A DNA stretch of 63,313 nucleotides, the filler included, from Octopus bimaculoides (Eukaryota): assembly GCF_001194135.2 (NCBI RefSeq). It is 5 parts of 4 records of this genome, joined end to end, with 100 filler letters (N's around TTAATTAATTAA, not from the genome) between each part and the next. Parts side by side here need not be neighbours in the genome. Positions count along the whole stretch, not along the records: positions 27,646 to 53,977 come from NC_068984.1; positions 54,078 to 57,974 come from NC_068987.1; positions 58,075 to 60,257 come from NW_026316765.1; positions 60,358 to 63,313 come from NC_068984.1; 1 more part is not named here. One strand, 5' to 3'. The notes beneath the pieces were generated by a model that made no database searches, was not told where the DNA came from, and worked only from the letters and a program-made list of their open reading frames with translations. Positions within the stretch are counted from its first letter, which is position 1. Each line of letters starts with the position of its first letter. Positions 52,880 to 63,313 of this stretch are shown here, one piece after another. Position numbers and translations under genes: made by a program.

Positions 52880-52965
52880 ACGGTCTTCTTTCAGTGTCCA
52901 TCTGCTTAATCTGGTCACAACGATTTGGTTGGTCCGAGGTTATAGTAGAAAAAACCTACGGAATT
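52590..52965 (-). mobile_element. SINE family B, diverged, with central (TA)n
   Basis: 3' module 52590-52790, (CA)/(TA) array, and partial 5' module (cggtcttctttcagt..tggttggtccgaggttatagtagaa). Confidence 0.75.
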
Positions 52966-52989
52966 TGACATATATACACACATACATAC

Positions 52990-53150
52990 ATGCAATGACT
53001 CAGGAAAATAGTCTAATAAAGGCGCATATAACCCTCGACAGAAAAAAAAGAACAGTTTTTTACTCGCGCAAGACACGAACCCACATTCTTTTATTAACGT
53101 GACCAAGTGCGTAACCTTTTCGCCAGCGAATTAGTCTCCCTTATTCTCTG
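52990..53150 (-). mobile_element. tRNA-like short unit (copy 1 of 2; copy 2 at 53354-53505)
   Basis: Direct repeat with 53354-53505. The minus strand has an A-box-like taattcgctgg and a B-box-like ggttcgtgtc. Confidence 0.5.
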
Positions 53151-53201
53151 AGAATTGAAGAAATATATTAATTCGCATTTGTTTATGTAAACAAACTTTC
53201 C

Positions 53202-53708
53202 ATATGCTTTCGGTGCAATGAGTTTTGTTATACGATGCCGTATTTTACAATCTTGTGAATAATAATGGTAATTTTATATAAGCTTAACGCTTATGATGAT
53301 CACAGTGCAATGACAGGGAAATAGACTAATAACGAGGTATTAGATACATATACGCAATGACTAAGGGAAATAGTCTAATAAAGGCGCATATAAGCCCTCG
53401 ACCGATAAAAGAATGCTTTCCTTTCCGCGTGAGACACGAACCAACATCCCTTTGTTAACGTGTGTAAGTTACTTTTACACCAGCGAATTAGCCTCCCTGT
53501 CTCGGTCAATTTTAAGAATTATCCACGCAGATAGGAAAGCCTTCTTTTTTTGTCAAGGTCTTACGTGCCCCATTATTAGACTATTTTCCTTAGTCACTGC
53601 ACGGCAATCGCCATAAGATTTAAGCTTAAATGAAAATACCATTATTATTATTGACAGGATTGTAAAATACGGCACCGTATAACAAAACCATTCACACCGA
53701 AAGTATAT
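53202..53708. mobile_element. Foldback element with ~135-bp inverted arms enclosing the second tRNA-like unit
   Basis: 53202-53337 aligns to the reverse complement of 53572-53708 (e.g. gttttgttatacg.tgccgtattttacaatc.tgt, taagcttaa, gaaatag.ctaataa). Confidence 0.7.
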
Positions 53709-53717
53709 ATGTATACG

Positions 53718-53754
<37 letters not shown>

Positions 53755-53757
53755 CTA

Positions 53758-53972
53758 GTTTTTACTCTTTAACTTGTTTCAGTCATTTGACTGCGGCCAT
53801 GAGAGAGCACTGCCTTTAGTCGAACAAATCGACTCAAGGACTTATTCTTTGTAAGCCTAGTACTTATTCTATCGGTGTCTTTTGTCGAACCGCTAGTTTA
53901 CGGGAACGAAAACACACCAGCATCGGTTGTCAAGCAAGATACTTACCACACAGCCACTCCTGCACCTATAAA
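53758..53972 (-). mobile_element. SINE family B with internal deletion
   Basis: The CpG-intact 3' module is joined directly to the 5' tip (ggttgtcaagcaag|atacttaccacacagccac). Confidence 0.8.
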
Positions 53973-53977
53973 TATAT

Positions 53978-54077
53978 NNNNNNNNNNNNNNNNNNNNNNN
54001 NNNNNNNNNNNNNNNNNNNNNTTAATTAATTAANNNNNNNNNNNNNNNNNNNNNNNNNNNNNNNNNNNNNNNNNNNN
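53978..54077. other. Artificial scaffold linker N44-TTAATTAATTAA-N44
   Basis: 100 nt, core at 54022-54033. Confidence 0.95.
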
Positions 54078-54388
54078 AGATAAGGGATCGGGGGACCCTG
54101 TCAAAGGCTTTCTCCATGTCAACGAAAGCCAGGTACAGAGGGTTATCCTTAGCTAGGTATTTCTCCTGCAACTGTCTCACTAGAAATAAGGCATCAGTAG
54201 TGCTTTTACCTGGCACGAACCCAAACTGCATCTCATCTAAATTGGTTCGCTCCCTAATTAGTTGGGCTATGACCCTCTCTGTAACTTTCATAACCTGATC
54301 TAACAGCTTGATGCCTCTGTAATTATTTGTATCTAAAGCGTCCCCTTTACCTTTGTAGCAGTTGACTATGATGCTGCTACACCTCAGT
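54078..54388 (-). mobile_element. RTE-clade LINE reverse transcriptase fragment (domains ~0-3)
   Basis: SSIIVNCYKGKGDALDTNNYRGIKLLDQVMKVTERVIAQLIRERTNLDEMQFGFVPGKSTTDALFLVRQLQEKYLAKDNPLYLAFVDMEKAFDRVPR is an open frame, cut by the linker. Confidence 0.93.
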
Positions 54389-54460
54389 GAAAGAGATGTT
54401 TTTTTTTTTAATCTATAGATCACCATGCTAATCTTGTGTTTTACCATTCTCTCATTTCAG

Positions 54461-54613
54461 TGCTTACCACAGACATTTTACGAGCTGCAAACTCTTCATA
54501 TAATATTCATTGGTGTCAATGTAGTGATGTGGATATGCCTGTTTCATGCCAGTCGCACTGAGCCTGGTTTCTTGGAAAGGAATGTCCCGGAATACCACCA
54601 AGCTATTAAACAG
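54461..54613 (+). CDS. Internal exon of an ankyrin-repeat DHHC palmitoyltransferase (Patsas/HIP14-like), TM helix + (D/E)PG motif preceding the DHHC domain
   Basis: Branch-like gctaat, acceptor ttctctcatttcag|tgc and donor aaacag|gttaga define 153 nt, phase 0/0. It encodes CLPQTFYELQTLHIIFIGVNVVMWICLFHASRTEPGFLERNVPEYHQAIKQ, which resembles the remembered insect Patsas motif NVVMW...RDPGY....Y..AIKQ. Confidence 0.75.
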
Positions 54614-54661
54614 GTTAGATTTCATCATTTTCTCTGTGTGTAGGTGTGTGTGTGTGTGTTG

Positions 54662-55005
54662 TCTTTATCTTTTATCTTTTACTTATTTCAGTTGTTGGAC
54701 TGTGGCCATGCTGGGGCCCTACTTTGAAGGATTTAGTCAAACAAATCAACCCTAGGACTTAATTTTTTAAGTCTGGTATTTATTCTATCAATATCTTTCA
54801 TCAAACTGCTAAGTTAGGAGACATAAACACATCAGCTCTGGTTGTCAAACAGTGGAGACTTATTTCAATTTCCAGCCACCAAATCTACTCACAAGCTTTT
54901 GGGGCCAAAGGAGGAGACACTTGCTCTAGGTACCACACTCTCGGATTGAACCTAAAACTACATGATTAGAAACCAAACTTCTTAACCTCACAGCCATGCC
55001 TGTGC
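54662..55005 (-). mobile_element. SINE family B, near full length without microsatellite, CpG-decayed
   Basis: Both modules are present, and consensus CpGs appear as TpG/CpA (gactgtggcc, gtcaaacaaatcaacc, aaactgctaag). Confidence 0.8.
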
Positions 55006-55496
55006 TTTGTTTCTTATCAATTCTGCAGGATTAATTTAAAAAAAAGATAAGATATTGAATGAAGTATACCAGATTTGTGTAACAGAAGCAGTGAATAGAT
55101 GTTAACTGTGAAAGTTGTCAAGATCTAGCACTGTTACAAAGGGAAAAATTTACAGACCTATCCAACCCTTACCAATCAAATTAGATGAATAATGATATAA
55201 TGAAAATTAATTTCATTTCTATTTTTACTTCAAATTCTCTCATCTACTATTTTAATAACATCGTTTCTCATTGAATCATAGTCATAGAATGCAAAAATGG
55301 GGTAAAAAAGAAAAAAAGCTAGGCAAACCTTCATATCTTTGTCATTTTATATATATTTATATTTCTTATCTTTTCACCCAATTCTTTTGCCTGTCAGGCA
55401 AAACTGTTCTTTTAATCAAGAAGCAAAATGAATGCCACAATGTTGTATCAATTATGAAACTTCATTCATCAAGTTTGGTTTTGAATGAGAGAGAGC

Positions 55497-55553
<57 letters not shown>

Positions 55554-55924
55554 TGGTGGGGACAGAAGGTGTGGGGGAGAGGAACACCTGAAAGATGTAT
55601 GAAATATAAGTAGAATTATAAGCATTCATTATTCAATGAAGAAGTGAAGGGTGGAGGAGAAAATCAATAAAAATTTAGTTTGTTATTTTGATAGTGCATG
55701 CTTCATGAATACATGTTCATATACAAGTTATACATTTTTGTGTCTATTCATGTTTTGCATCAGAATATGCATACACACACACACACACACACACACATAT
55801 ATTTATATATACATACATACACACACACTCACATACATGTATATAATACACACACACACACACACACACATGCATATATTGAGATATGTGGTCCTTTGTT
55901 GTACTCAAGAAGGCCCATCCTCCG

Positions 55925-56160
55925 CAGCAGGAGTGTTAAGACCGGACCTTCTGGTGGTGTAAAGCACTTGCGGCAGTGCCACGAAAAAGCACCCAGCACA
56001 CTCTGTAAAGTGGTTGGCGTTAGGAAGGACATCCAGCCATAGAAACCATACCAAATCAGACTGGACTCTGGTGCAGCAACCCGTCCCCGCCCAAGCTTGC
56101 TAGCTCTGGTCAAACCATCCAAACTATGCCAGATGTTAAATGATGATGATGACGACGACG
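55925..56160 (+). mobile_element. SINE/LINE 3' end of RTE type with (GAT)n tail
   Basis: aaaaagcacccagcacactctgtaaagtggttggcgttaggaaggacatccagcc..gttaaatgatgatgatg, an RTE-like tail. Confidence 0.7.
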
Positions 56161-57149
56161 ATGACGACGACATATCTCACTATTGACCAAACTATCAGAT
56201 GTTGTAAAAGCCTGCTGGTCATGGTGCCGTTCCTCACATTGTTTTAGTTTCCAAATGATGCCACCCTGCTGGCNNNNNNNNNNNNNNNNNNNNNNNNNNN
56301 NNNNNNNNNNNNNNNNNNNNNNNNNNNNNNNNNNNNNNNNNNNNNNNNNNNNNNNNNNNNNNNNNNNNNNNNNNNNNNNNNNNNNNNNNNNNNNNNNNNN
56401 NNNNNNNNNNNNNNNNNNNNNNNNNNNNNNNNNNNNNNNNNNNNNNNNNNNNNNNNNNNNNNNNNNNNNNNNNNNNNNNNNNNNNNNNNNNNNNNNNNNN
56501 NNNNNNNNNNNNNNNNNNNNNNNNNNNNNNNNNNNNNNNNNNNNNNNNNNNNNNNNNNNNNNNNNNNNNNNNNNNNNNNNNNNNNNNNNNNNNNNNNNNN
56601 NNNNNNNNNNNNNNNNNNNNNNNNNNNNNNNNNNNNNNNNNNNNNNNNNNNNNNNNNNNNNNNNNNNNNNNNNNNNNNNNNNNNNNNNNNNNNNNNNNNN
56701 NNNNNNNNNNNNNNNNNNNNNNNNNNNNNNNNNNNNNNNNNNNNNNNNNNNNNNNNNNNNNNNNNNNNNNNNNNNNNNNNNNNNNNNNNNNNNNNNNNNN
56801 NNNNNNNNNNNNNNNNNNNNNNNNNNNNNNNNNNNNNNNNNNNNNNNNNNNNNNNNNNNNNNNNNNNNNNNNNNNNNNNNNNNNNNNNNNNNNNNNNNNN
56901 NNNNNNNNNNNNNNNNNNNNNNNNNNNNNNNNNNNNNNNNNNNNNNNNNNNNNNNNNNNNNNNNNNNNNNNNNNNNNNNNNNNNNNNNNNNNNNNNNNNN
57001 NNNNNNNNGGTGTAGACAACAAACAGATGTATTATTTTAACACTCGGGAAGTGAAAAAGTCTTTATAAATATATATATATATAAGCATTGGTCAGTAGGA
57101 AAAGTGGGGAAGCCCAGAATGTGTGTGTGTCTGCAATGTTTCTGCCTAC

Positions 57150-57285
57150 CATATCCATTCACAAGGCACTGGTCAGCTTGGAGCTACAGTAGCAGACACT
57201 TGCACAAGACGCCATGCAATAGGACTGAACCAGAAACCATGTGATTGCAAAGCAAGGTCTCTTAATCACAGTGCCAAGCCTGAAA
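57150..57285 (-). mobile_element. SINE family B, 5' module, CpG-decayed
   Basis: ttcacaagg..ggtcagc..gacacttgc..gccatgca..ggactgaaccagaaaccatgtg. Confidence 0.65.
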
Positions 57286-57741
57286 ATTTCTTTTTTACAA
57301 AAATCAAAGAAAGCGAACTTCTAATGAAGTTATTTGTCAATGTAGCATTGTAGTGTTCCAAAATAATGATAAAAAAAAGACATATCTACACTGTTCCCTA
57401 TTCTTCCATCACTGGTTGTGTAGCATTGATATGGAGAAGAACAGGTGGGAGGGAATTCATTCAATTAGCTAAAATGGGATTGCTATCACATGGAGAAATT
57501 AATTTGTTAGAGGTAAAAAAATAGAACCAATAATTTTATTTATAACATAGCATTTGTCATTCTATAAAGTTATAAAGTATATAAGCATGCATACGTACAT
57601 ACACACATACATACATACACACATACATACATGCACACATATATACATATACTCATATTTTGAGTTCTATTTTCCCTGTTTACATCATCATACCTATATA
57701 TACATGTTGTGTGTGGTTGTATATGTGTGTATATGTACAAA

Positions 57742-57799
<58 letters not shown>

Positions 57800-57974
57800 T
57801 AAATTGAAAATTAGAGGTAATACTTGACAATTGTAAGCACCTGTGTATTCCAGCTAGTGGTTGCGGTGAAGGAATAAATTGTAAATCCAAAAGAAAAAAA
57901 TAACAACAAAACTACAAAAGATTCCGCGGTACACGTGTTTCAAGCTCTACATGTGTATAATATAATATAACATA

Positions 57975-58074
57975 NNNNNNNNNNNNNNNNNNNNNNNNNN
58001 NNNNNNNNNNNNNNNNNNTTAATTAATTAANNNNNNNNNNNNNNNNNNNNNNNNNNNNNNNNNNNNNNNNNNNN
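57975..58074. other. Artificial scaffold linker N44-TTAATTAATTAA-N44
   Basis: 100 nt, core at 58019-58030. Confidence 0.95.
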
Positions 58075-59760
58075 AAGATGATGAGGCATAAGAAGAAAAG
58101 CAGAAGAAAATGAAGATTAAAAAAATAAGAGATGAAAAAGAAAAAGGAAAGGAAGAAGATGAAGGAGATGGCACAAAAGAAAGGAAGAAGATGAAGGATA
58201 TGGCACAAAAGAAAGGAAAGGAGATGAAGAACGCGAGCAAGGAAAAAGACGGCATGAAAAAGAAAAAGTGGAAGAAAAAGACAAACATGGTAAATGATAA
58301 TAATAAGAAGGAGAACAAGAACAAGAACAAGAAGAGCAATAGCAAAACCAGTAACAACGATAACTACAACAAGGAGAAGAAGAGTAGGGAAAAAAGAGAA
58401 GACGAAGAGCAGGGAAATGAAGGAGAGAAAGANNNNNNNNNNNNNNNNNNNNNNNNNNNNNNNNNNNNNNNNNNNNNNNNNNNNNNNNNNNNNNNNNNNN
58501 NNNNNNNNNNNNNNNNNNNNNNNNNNNNNNNNNNNNNNNNNNNNNNNNNNNNNNNNNNNNNNNNNNNNNNNNNNNNNNNNNNNNNNNNNNNNNNNNNNNN
58601 NNNNNNNNNNNNNNNNNNNNNNNNNNNNNNNNNNNNNNNNNNNNNNNNNNNNNNNNNNNNNNNNNNNNNNNNNNNNNNNNNNNNNNNNNNNNNNNNNNNN
58701 NNNNNNNNNNNNNNNNNNNNNNNNNNNNNNNNNNNNNNNNNNNNNNNNNNNNNNNNNNNNNNNNNNNNNNNNNNNNNNNNNNNNNNNNNNNNNNNNNNNN
58801 NNNNNNNNNNNNNNNNNNNNNNNNNNNNNNNNNNNNNNNNNNNNNNNNNNNNNNNNNNNNNNNNNNNNNNNNNNNNNNNNNNNNNNNNNNNNNNNNNNNN
58901 NNNNNNNNNNNNNNNNNNNNNNNNNNNNNNNNNNNNNNNNNNNNNNNNNNNNNNNNNNNNNNNNNNNNNNNNNNNNNNNNNNNNNNNNNNNNNNNNNNNN
59001 NNNNNNNNNNNNNNNNNNNNNNNNNNNNNNNNNNNNNNNNNNNNNNNNNNNNNNNNNNNNNNNNNNNNNNNNNNNNNNNNNNNNNNNNNNNNNNNNNNNN
59101 NNNNNNNNNNNNNNNNNNNNNNNNNNNNNNNNNNNNNNNNNNNNNNNNNNNNNNNNNNNNNNNNNNNNNNNNNNNNNNNNNNNNNNNNNNNNNNNNNNNN
59201 NNNNNNNNNNNNNNNNNNNNNNNNNNNNNNNNNNNNNNNNNNNNNNNNNNNNNNNNNNNNNNNNNNNNNNNNNNNNNTGGAAGTGTAAGAAGAGAAGAAG
59301 AAAAGAAAGACGGAGAAAACAAGAGAAAAGAAAAGAGAAGTAAAGGAAGAAGATCAGAAGGAGAGGAAAGAGAGAAAGAAGATGATATAGAAGAAAAAGA
59401 TGAAGAACAAGAACAAGATCAAGACAAGAAATAGATGACGAAGAAATGGCTGACAAGAGAGAAGAAAGATGAAGAAAGAGATGCAGGAATGAATGAAGTG
59501 GAAAAAGAAGAAAAAGAAGAATAAAAGCAAGACTAAAACAAGAAGAAGAAGAAGAANNNNNNNNNNNNNNNNNNNNNNNNNNNNNNNNNNNNNNNNNNNN
59601 NNNNNNNNNNNNNNNNNNNNNNNNNNNNNNNNNNNNNNNNNNNNNNNNNNNNNNNNNNNNNNNNNNNNNNNNNNNNNNNNNNNNNNNNNNNNNNNNNNNN
59701 NNNNAGAAAGAAAGATAGAAAGAAAGACACAAATGATAAGATGAAAATAAGTAGGGATGG
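58075..59760. repeat. Purine-rich (GAA/AAG-like) low-complexity tract with gaps
   Basis: Degenerate GAA/AGA repeats. The K/E/R-rich ORFs called here are compositional artefacts. Confidence 0.85.
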
Positions 59761-60257
59761 AAGTAGTTTGTTAAGAGGTAGTTGGGAACAAAAGTAGACA
59801 CAAGACACTCATATATGCACATTTATGCATCATACGACAGACTGGAATTGATCGACGCGAGGTACAAAGAAAAGTCAGGTGCCGGCGTGCCACAGATTTA
59901 TACTGAGTTTTAAACCATGTGCTTTGTAACAACCATCATACTACACAAACAACTGTTCCTGTAGTATATATGTGTATATGTCTCTGTGTGCGTGTGTGTA
60001 TGTCTGTGCGTGTGTGTGAGTGTAAATGTGAGTGTATGTGATTATATATGTGTGTGTTTAGCCCAGAGATATTCTGAAATGTTTTCTTCGGGAAAGGGAA
60101 TTCCTTTGTGATATCTGAATCCTAAGCAATAGGCCATCCATAAATATTAATAAAATCTTATCATTCCCTACTCACACTTTGTCTTATTATTCTGATAGTT
60201 TGGTTTTCTGTACGTAAATATGTGTTTTCTTACAAATACATTAGATCGACGGCAGTA

Positions 60258-60357
60258 NNNNNNNNNNNNNNNNNNNNNNNNNNNNNNNNNNNNNNNNNNN
60301 NTTAATTAATTAANNNNNNNNNNNNNNNNNNNNNNNNNNNNNNNNNNNNNNNNNNNN
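60258..60357. other. Artificial scaffold linker N44-TTAATTAATTAA-N44
   Basis: 100 nt, core at 60302-60313. Confidence 0.95.
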
Positions 60358-60603
60358 ACTAGATATGTAAGTAGATTTTCCAATCATCCACCAAATGTAT
60401 TAAATTCTTTATTTAAAAGTATTTCTGAGAGAATTACTAAATTATCTTCCAACATTGATATATTTAATTCTAATTCAAACTACTATAATGTGGCTTTGTC
60501 TAAAGCTGGATATGCCCCCCAAATTTCTTTCCTTAATCCTGGTAGGACATCTCTCCTTGATGCAGATAATAATAATGATAGTAATGATAATAATAATAAT
60601 AAC

Positions 60604-60675
<72 letters not shown>

Positions 60676-62021
60676 CATAGATGTTATAACAAACCTAATA
60701 ACTTAAGTAGTAGTAATAATGGACCAAATAAAAAGCAACCCTATATGCCTAAAAAATTAACTAATAAGAAAAGTAATAAAGTACTTTTTCATAGTAAACT
60801 ACATGCTAACACTAGTAATAAACCAATGTGAAACTAATGATATAAATAAAAAGTATCCCGCATCTAAAAGAACTATCAATCATAATAATAATATTGCTCT
60901 GAGAAGTAATAGTAATCAAAGTATACCCCATACTCACCCACACAATAAATTTAAGAAAAAAATAAAAACTCTATCTGGTTAAATATCCTCTTCAACTGTG
61001 CAATATCCACAAATATTTACAAAAAATTTATGAATATTTTACAAAAAAATTTCCCTTCTTCCCACAGATATAGTAGAATTTTCTCTTGTCATACAGTCAG
61101 AGTTTCTTATTCTACCCTTCCTAATGTTGGTTCAATCGTAGCTAGGTTAAACAAAAAGAACATCAGGTCAGCTAGAATAAATGAAGTTAAAAATAGTGGA
61201 TATGGTTATATGAATACAAATAATAATCTAGCAAATACCAATAATGATACTACCAGTGAAAATAACGATGACAATAGAAATTATGAGGATAATAACAATA
61301 TGCTTAGTCCTGCTAACCATAATTTTAACCAGCAAATAGAATGCAGCAGTAATGATGTTGTGGTTCTAACAGAAATTGATGATGGACTCTACTCCAATGA
61401 AAATAATAGGAATCGGGGACCTAGAATAATTCTAACTGATAGCACATCAGGAAACGAGTTAAGTAATGATGGAAATGATCAATATATACCCAATAGTAGA
61501 ATTGAGGAATCGACAAATAATATTAGTGTAAATAATTGTAATAATAATAATAGAGATATTAGAAATAATGTAGGTGGGGTTGATAGCACCACCATGTGCA
61601 ACTGCAGAAATAAGTCCCATTGTCCTTTATTAGGAATTTGTTGCACCCGTAACGTAGTGTACAGGTGCATTTTAGTACAATAACCGAGAATTATATTTAC
61701 ATAGGATGTAGTATTAATGTGAAACAGAGAATATATAACCATAGGTCCTCTTTTAGACTTAGACATAAGGCAAATAGTACGACATTGGCAAGTAAAATTT
61801 GGGAGTTAAAAGATAATGATATTAATTTTAGCCTTAAATGGGAAATTATAAGAAAAGCTCAACCTTATAGAAATAATAGATATGGATGTGAATTATGTTC
61901 TATGGAAATATATGAAATTTTTAAACTTAGAAATAATCCTAATCTAATCAATAATAGATTAGACCTCAGGGTATCGTGTGTACACTGCTCTACTCGCACT
62001 TTTAAATTAAAAAACAAATAG
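60358..62021 (+). mobile_element. Penelope-like element (Neptune-type): RT thumb, Cys-rich linker and GIY-YIG endonuclease, with three frameshifts
   Basis: SNHPPNVLNSLFKSISERITKLSSN..YYNVALSKAGY; IWLN..ISTNIYKKFMNILQKNFPSSHRYSRIFSCHTVRVSYSTLPNV; CNCRNKSHCPLLGICCTRNVVY / YIYIGCSINVKQRIYNHRSSF..TLASKIWELK..CELCSMEIYEI..LINNRLDLRVSCVH. Confidence 0.92.
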
Positions 62022-63313
62022 TTTTTATAAAGTAGTCAAAATTATCAAATTATAGTATTTTAACTTCTACCATGGTCATCTAGGGCTATTAATTAGCACA
62101 TATTTTAAATTGGAAATTGAACCTTTATAACATATATTCATGATCTCTCACCTTTACATTTAATCTACTTGTGATAAATAAGATTTAAAATCTACTCCAT
62201 AGAAGATATTCTTTCACACCACTTCTGCTATTGCTGTTAGTTTCTCAATATGTATCTTAACCCTATATAGCTTATAAGAATAGAAAGTTTTTTACGTTAT
62301 TTAATGCTTGACTTTAAAAGAACCATTATTATTGTTATTATTACATTATTCCAGGGCTTACTGCAATAGTGTCTTCTTTATTTTGTATTTTTTACTTAAA
62401 TAAATCTAATCCTTATGCCCAAAATTAACCTAATCCTTATTCAATTAATATTTTTTAATTAGCCCATGTTAATCTTGAAACAAATCCATGACTAATGAAA
62501 CTTTTAATCAATCATTAGGTTCCTGTATTGGATGTCCTTGTTAATTCCTAATATCCTTTTTCTTTTTCTGTCCCTTAAACCTTAGTAAACCCATAAACTA
62601 ATATAAATCCTATACTAATTTTCCTTCACATTATAAAAATAAAGCTTAAATTTTATGTGTCTCCTAAATAGTATTATTATATATATCAGCTAAAATTTTA
62701 AAATAATTTTTTAAAATAATTCAAAGTAATTTTCATGAACCAATATAATTAATACCCTTAGACTTTACACCTTATCTATAACCTCTGAATTCAATACTGA
62801 CATTACTTCATGCTTTTTTATTTATATTAGCATACCTCTTATTGTTAAAATATGGGTTAAACTAATATTGATATCTGTAAAACTATACTGATGCTCTAAT
62901 CAGACTAAAGAAAAAGCCTGTTTGACCTATATACCTAGGGTTTAATTCCTCAACATTTTGATAGTAGTAAAAAAAAAAAAACCTATAAGAGTGTTGCCAC
63001 TCTGACCAGAGAATCCTTTATAACCATATATTTTATAACCTTGTCCATGCATAATGCTTACACCTTCCCTTTCCTTAGAAGTGATTGTCCTTCATACTAT
63101 TACTACTAGATAAGAGACAATAAAATCAGAGACAGTTTAGAATTTTTGCCTACAACCAATTACTAGCGTGATAGACTTGGCTATGTCAAGATGGATTTTT
63201 ATGTATTCTTCCTCCCACTTGGATTTGAAATGTTGCCACAATTATACTATGTCTATTCTACTGTAATTTTCTGCATTTTCCTGCAGCTGAAGATTGCTCT
63301 ACATATTGCATTA

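Noticed and set aside
62330-63313. Possible second, tandem Penelope 5' region (KLKFYVSPK)
   Set aside because: Only one weak motif and stops in all frames; it cannot be supported.

Overview
AT-rich, microsatellite-dense eukaryotic DNA with many N gaps. The repeat families and simple-repeat spectrum look like an octopus (cephalopod) genome; this is inferred from remembered SINE/LINE families and not verified by search. Only two host-gene pieces are recognisable. The first is the 3' end of a minus-strand PEBP-family gene (terminal exon 60-343, probable micro-exon 477-520) whose protein ends in a GPI-anchor-like signal. The second is one plus-strand internal exon (54461-54613) of an ankyrin/DHHC palmitoyltransferase of the Patsas/HIP14 type. 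The rest is a transposon graveyard: Tc1, mariner, maT, piggyBac and Chapaev3-like remnants, several MITEs, many tRNA-headed SINEs, R4/Dong-like and RTE LINE fragments, and two Penelope-like elements of different types. Four 100-nt N44-TTAATTAATTAA-N44 blocks are artificial scaffold joins, so the window is at least five pieces whose adjacency is unproven. No prokaryotic features or CRISPR arrays are present, and almost all ORF-track entries are microsatellite or gap artefacts. The best leads are the putative GPI-anchored PEBP, a CpG-decay footprint marking the DHHC-gene piece as a methylated gene body, an in-frame Tc1/mariner chimera, a Neptune-like Penelope ORF with two expanded Asn-rich linkers, and Dong-like elements stacked in (TAA)n arrays. 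Family assignments come from motif recognition by eye, with no database search.
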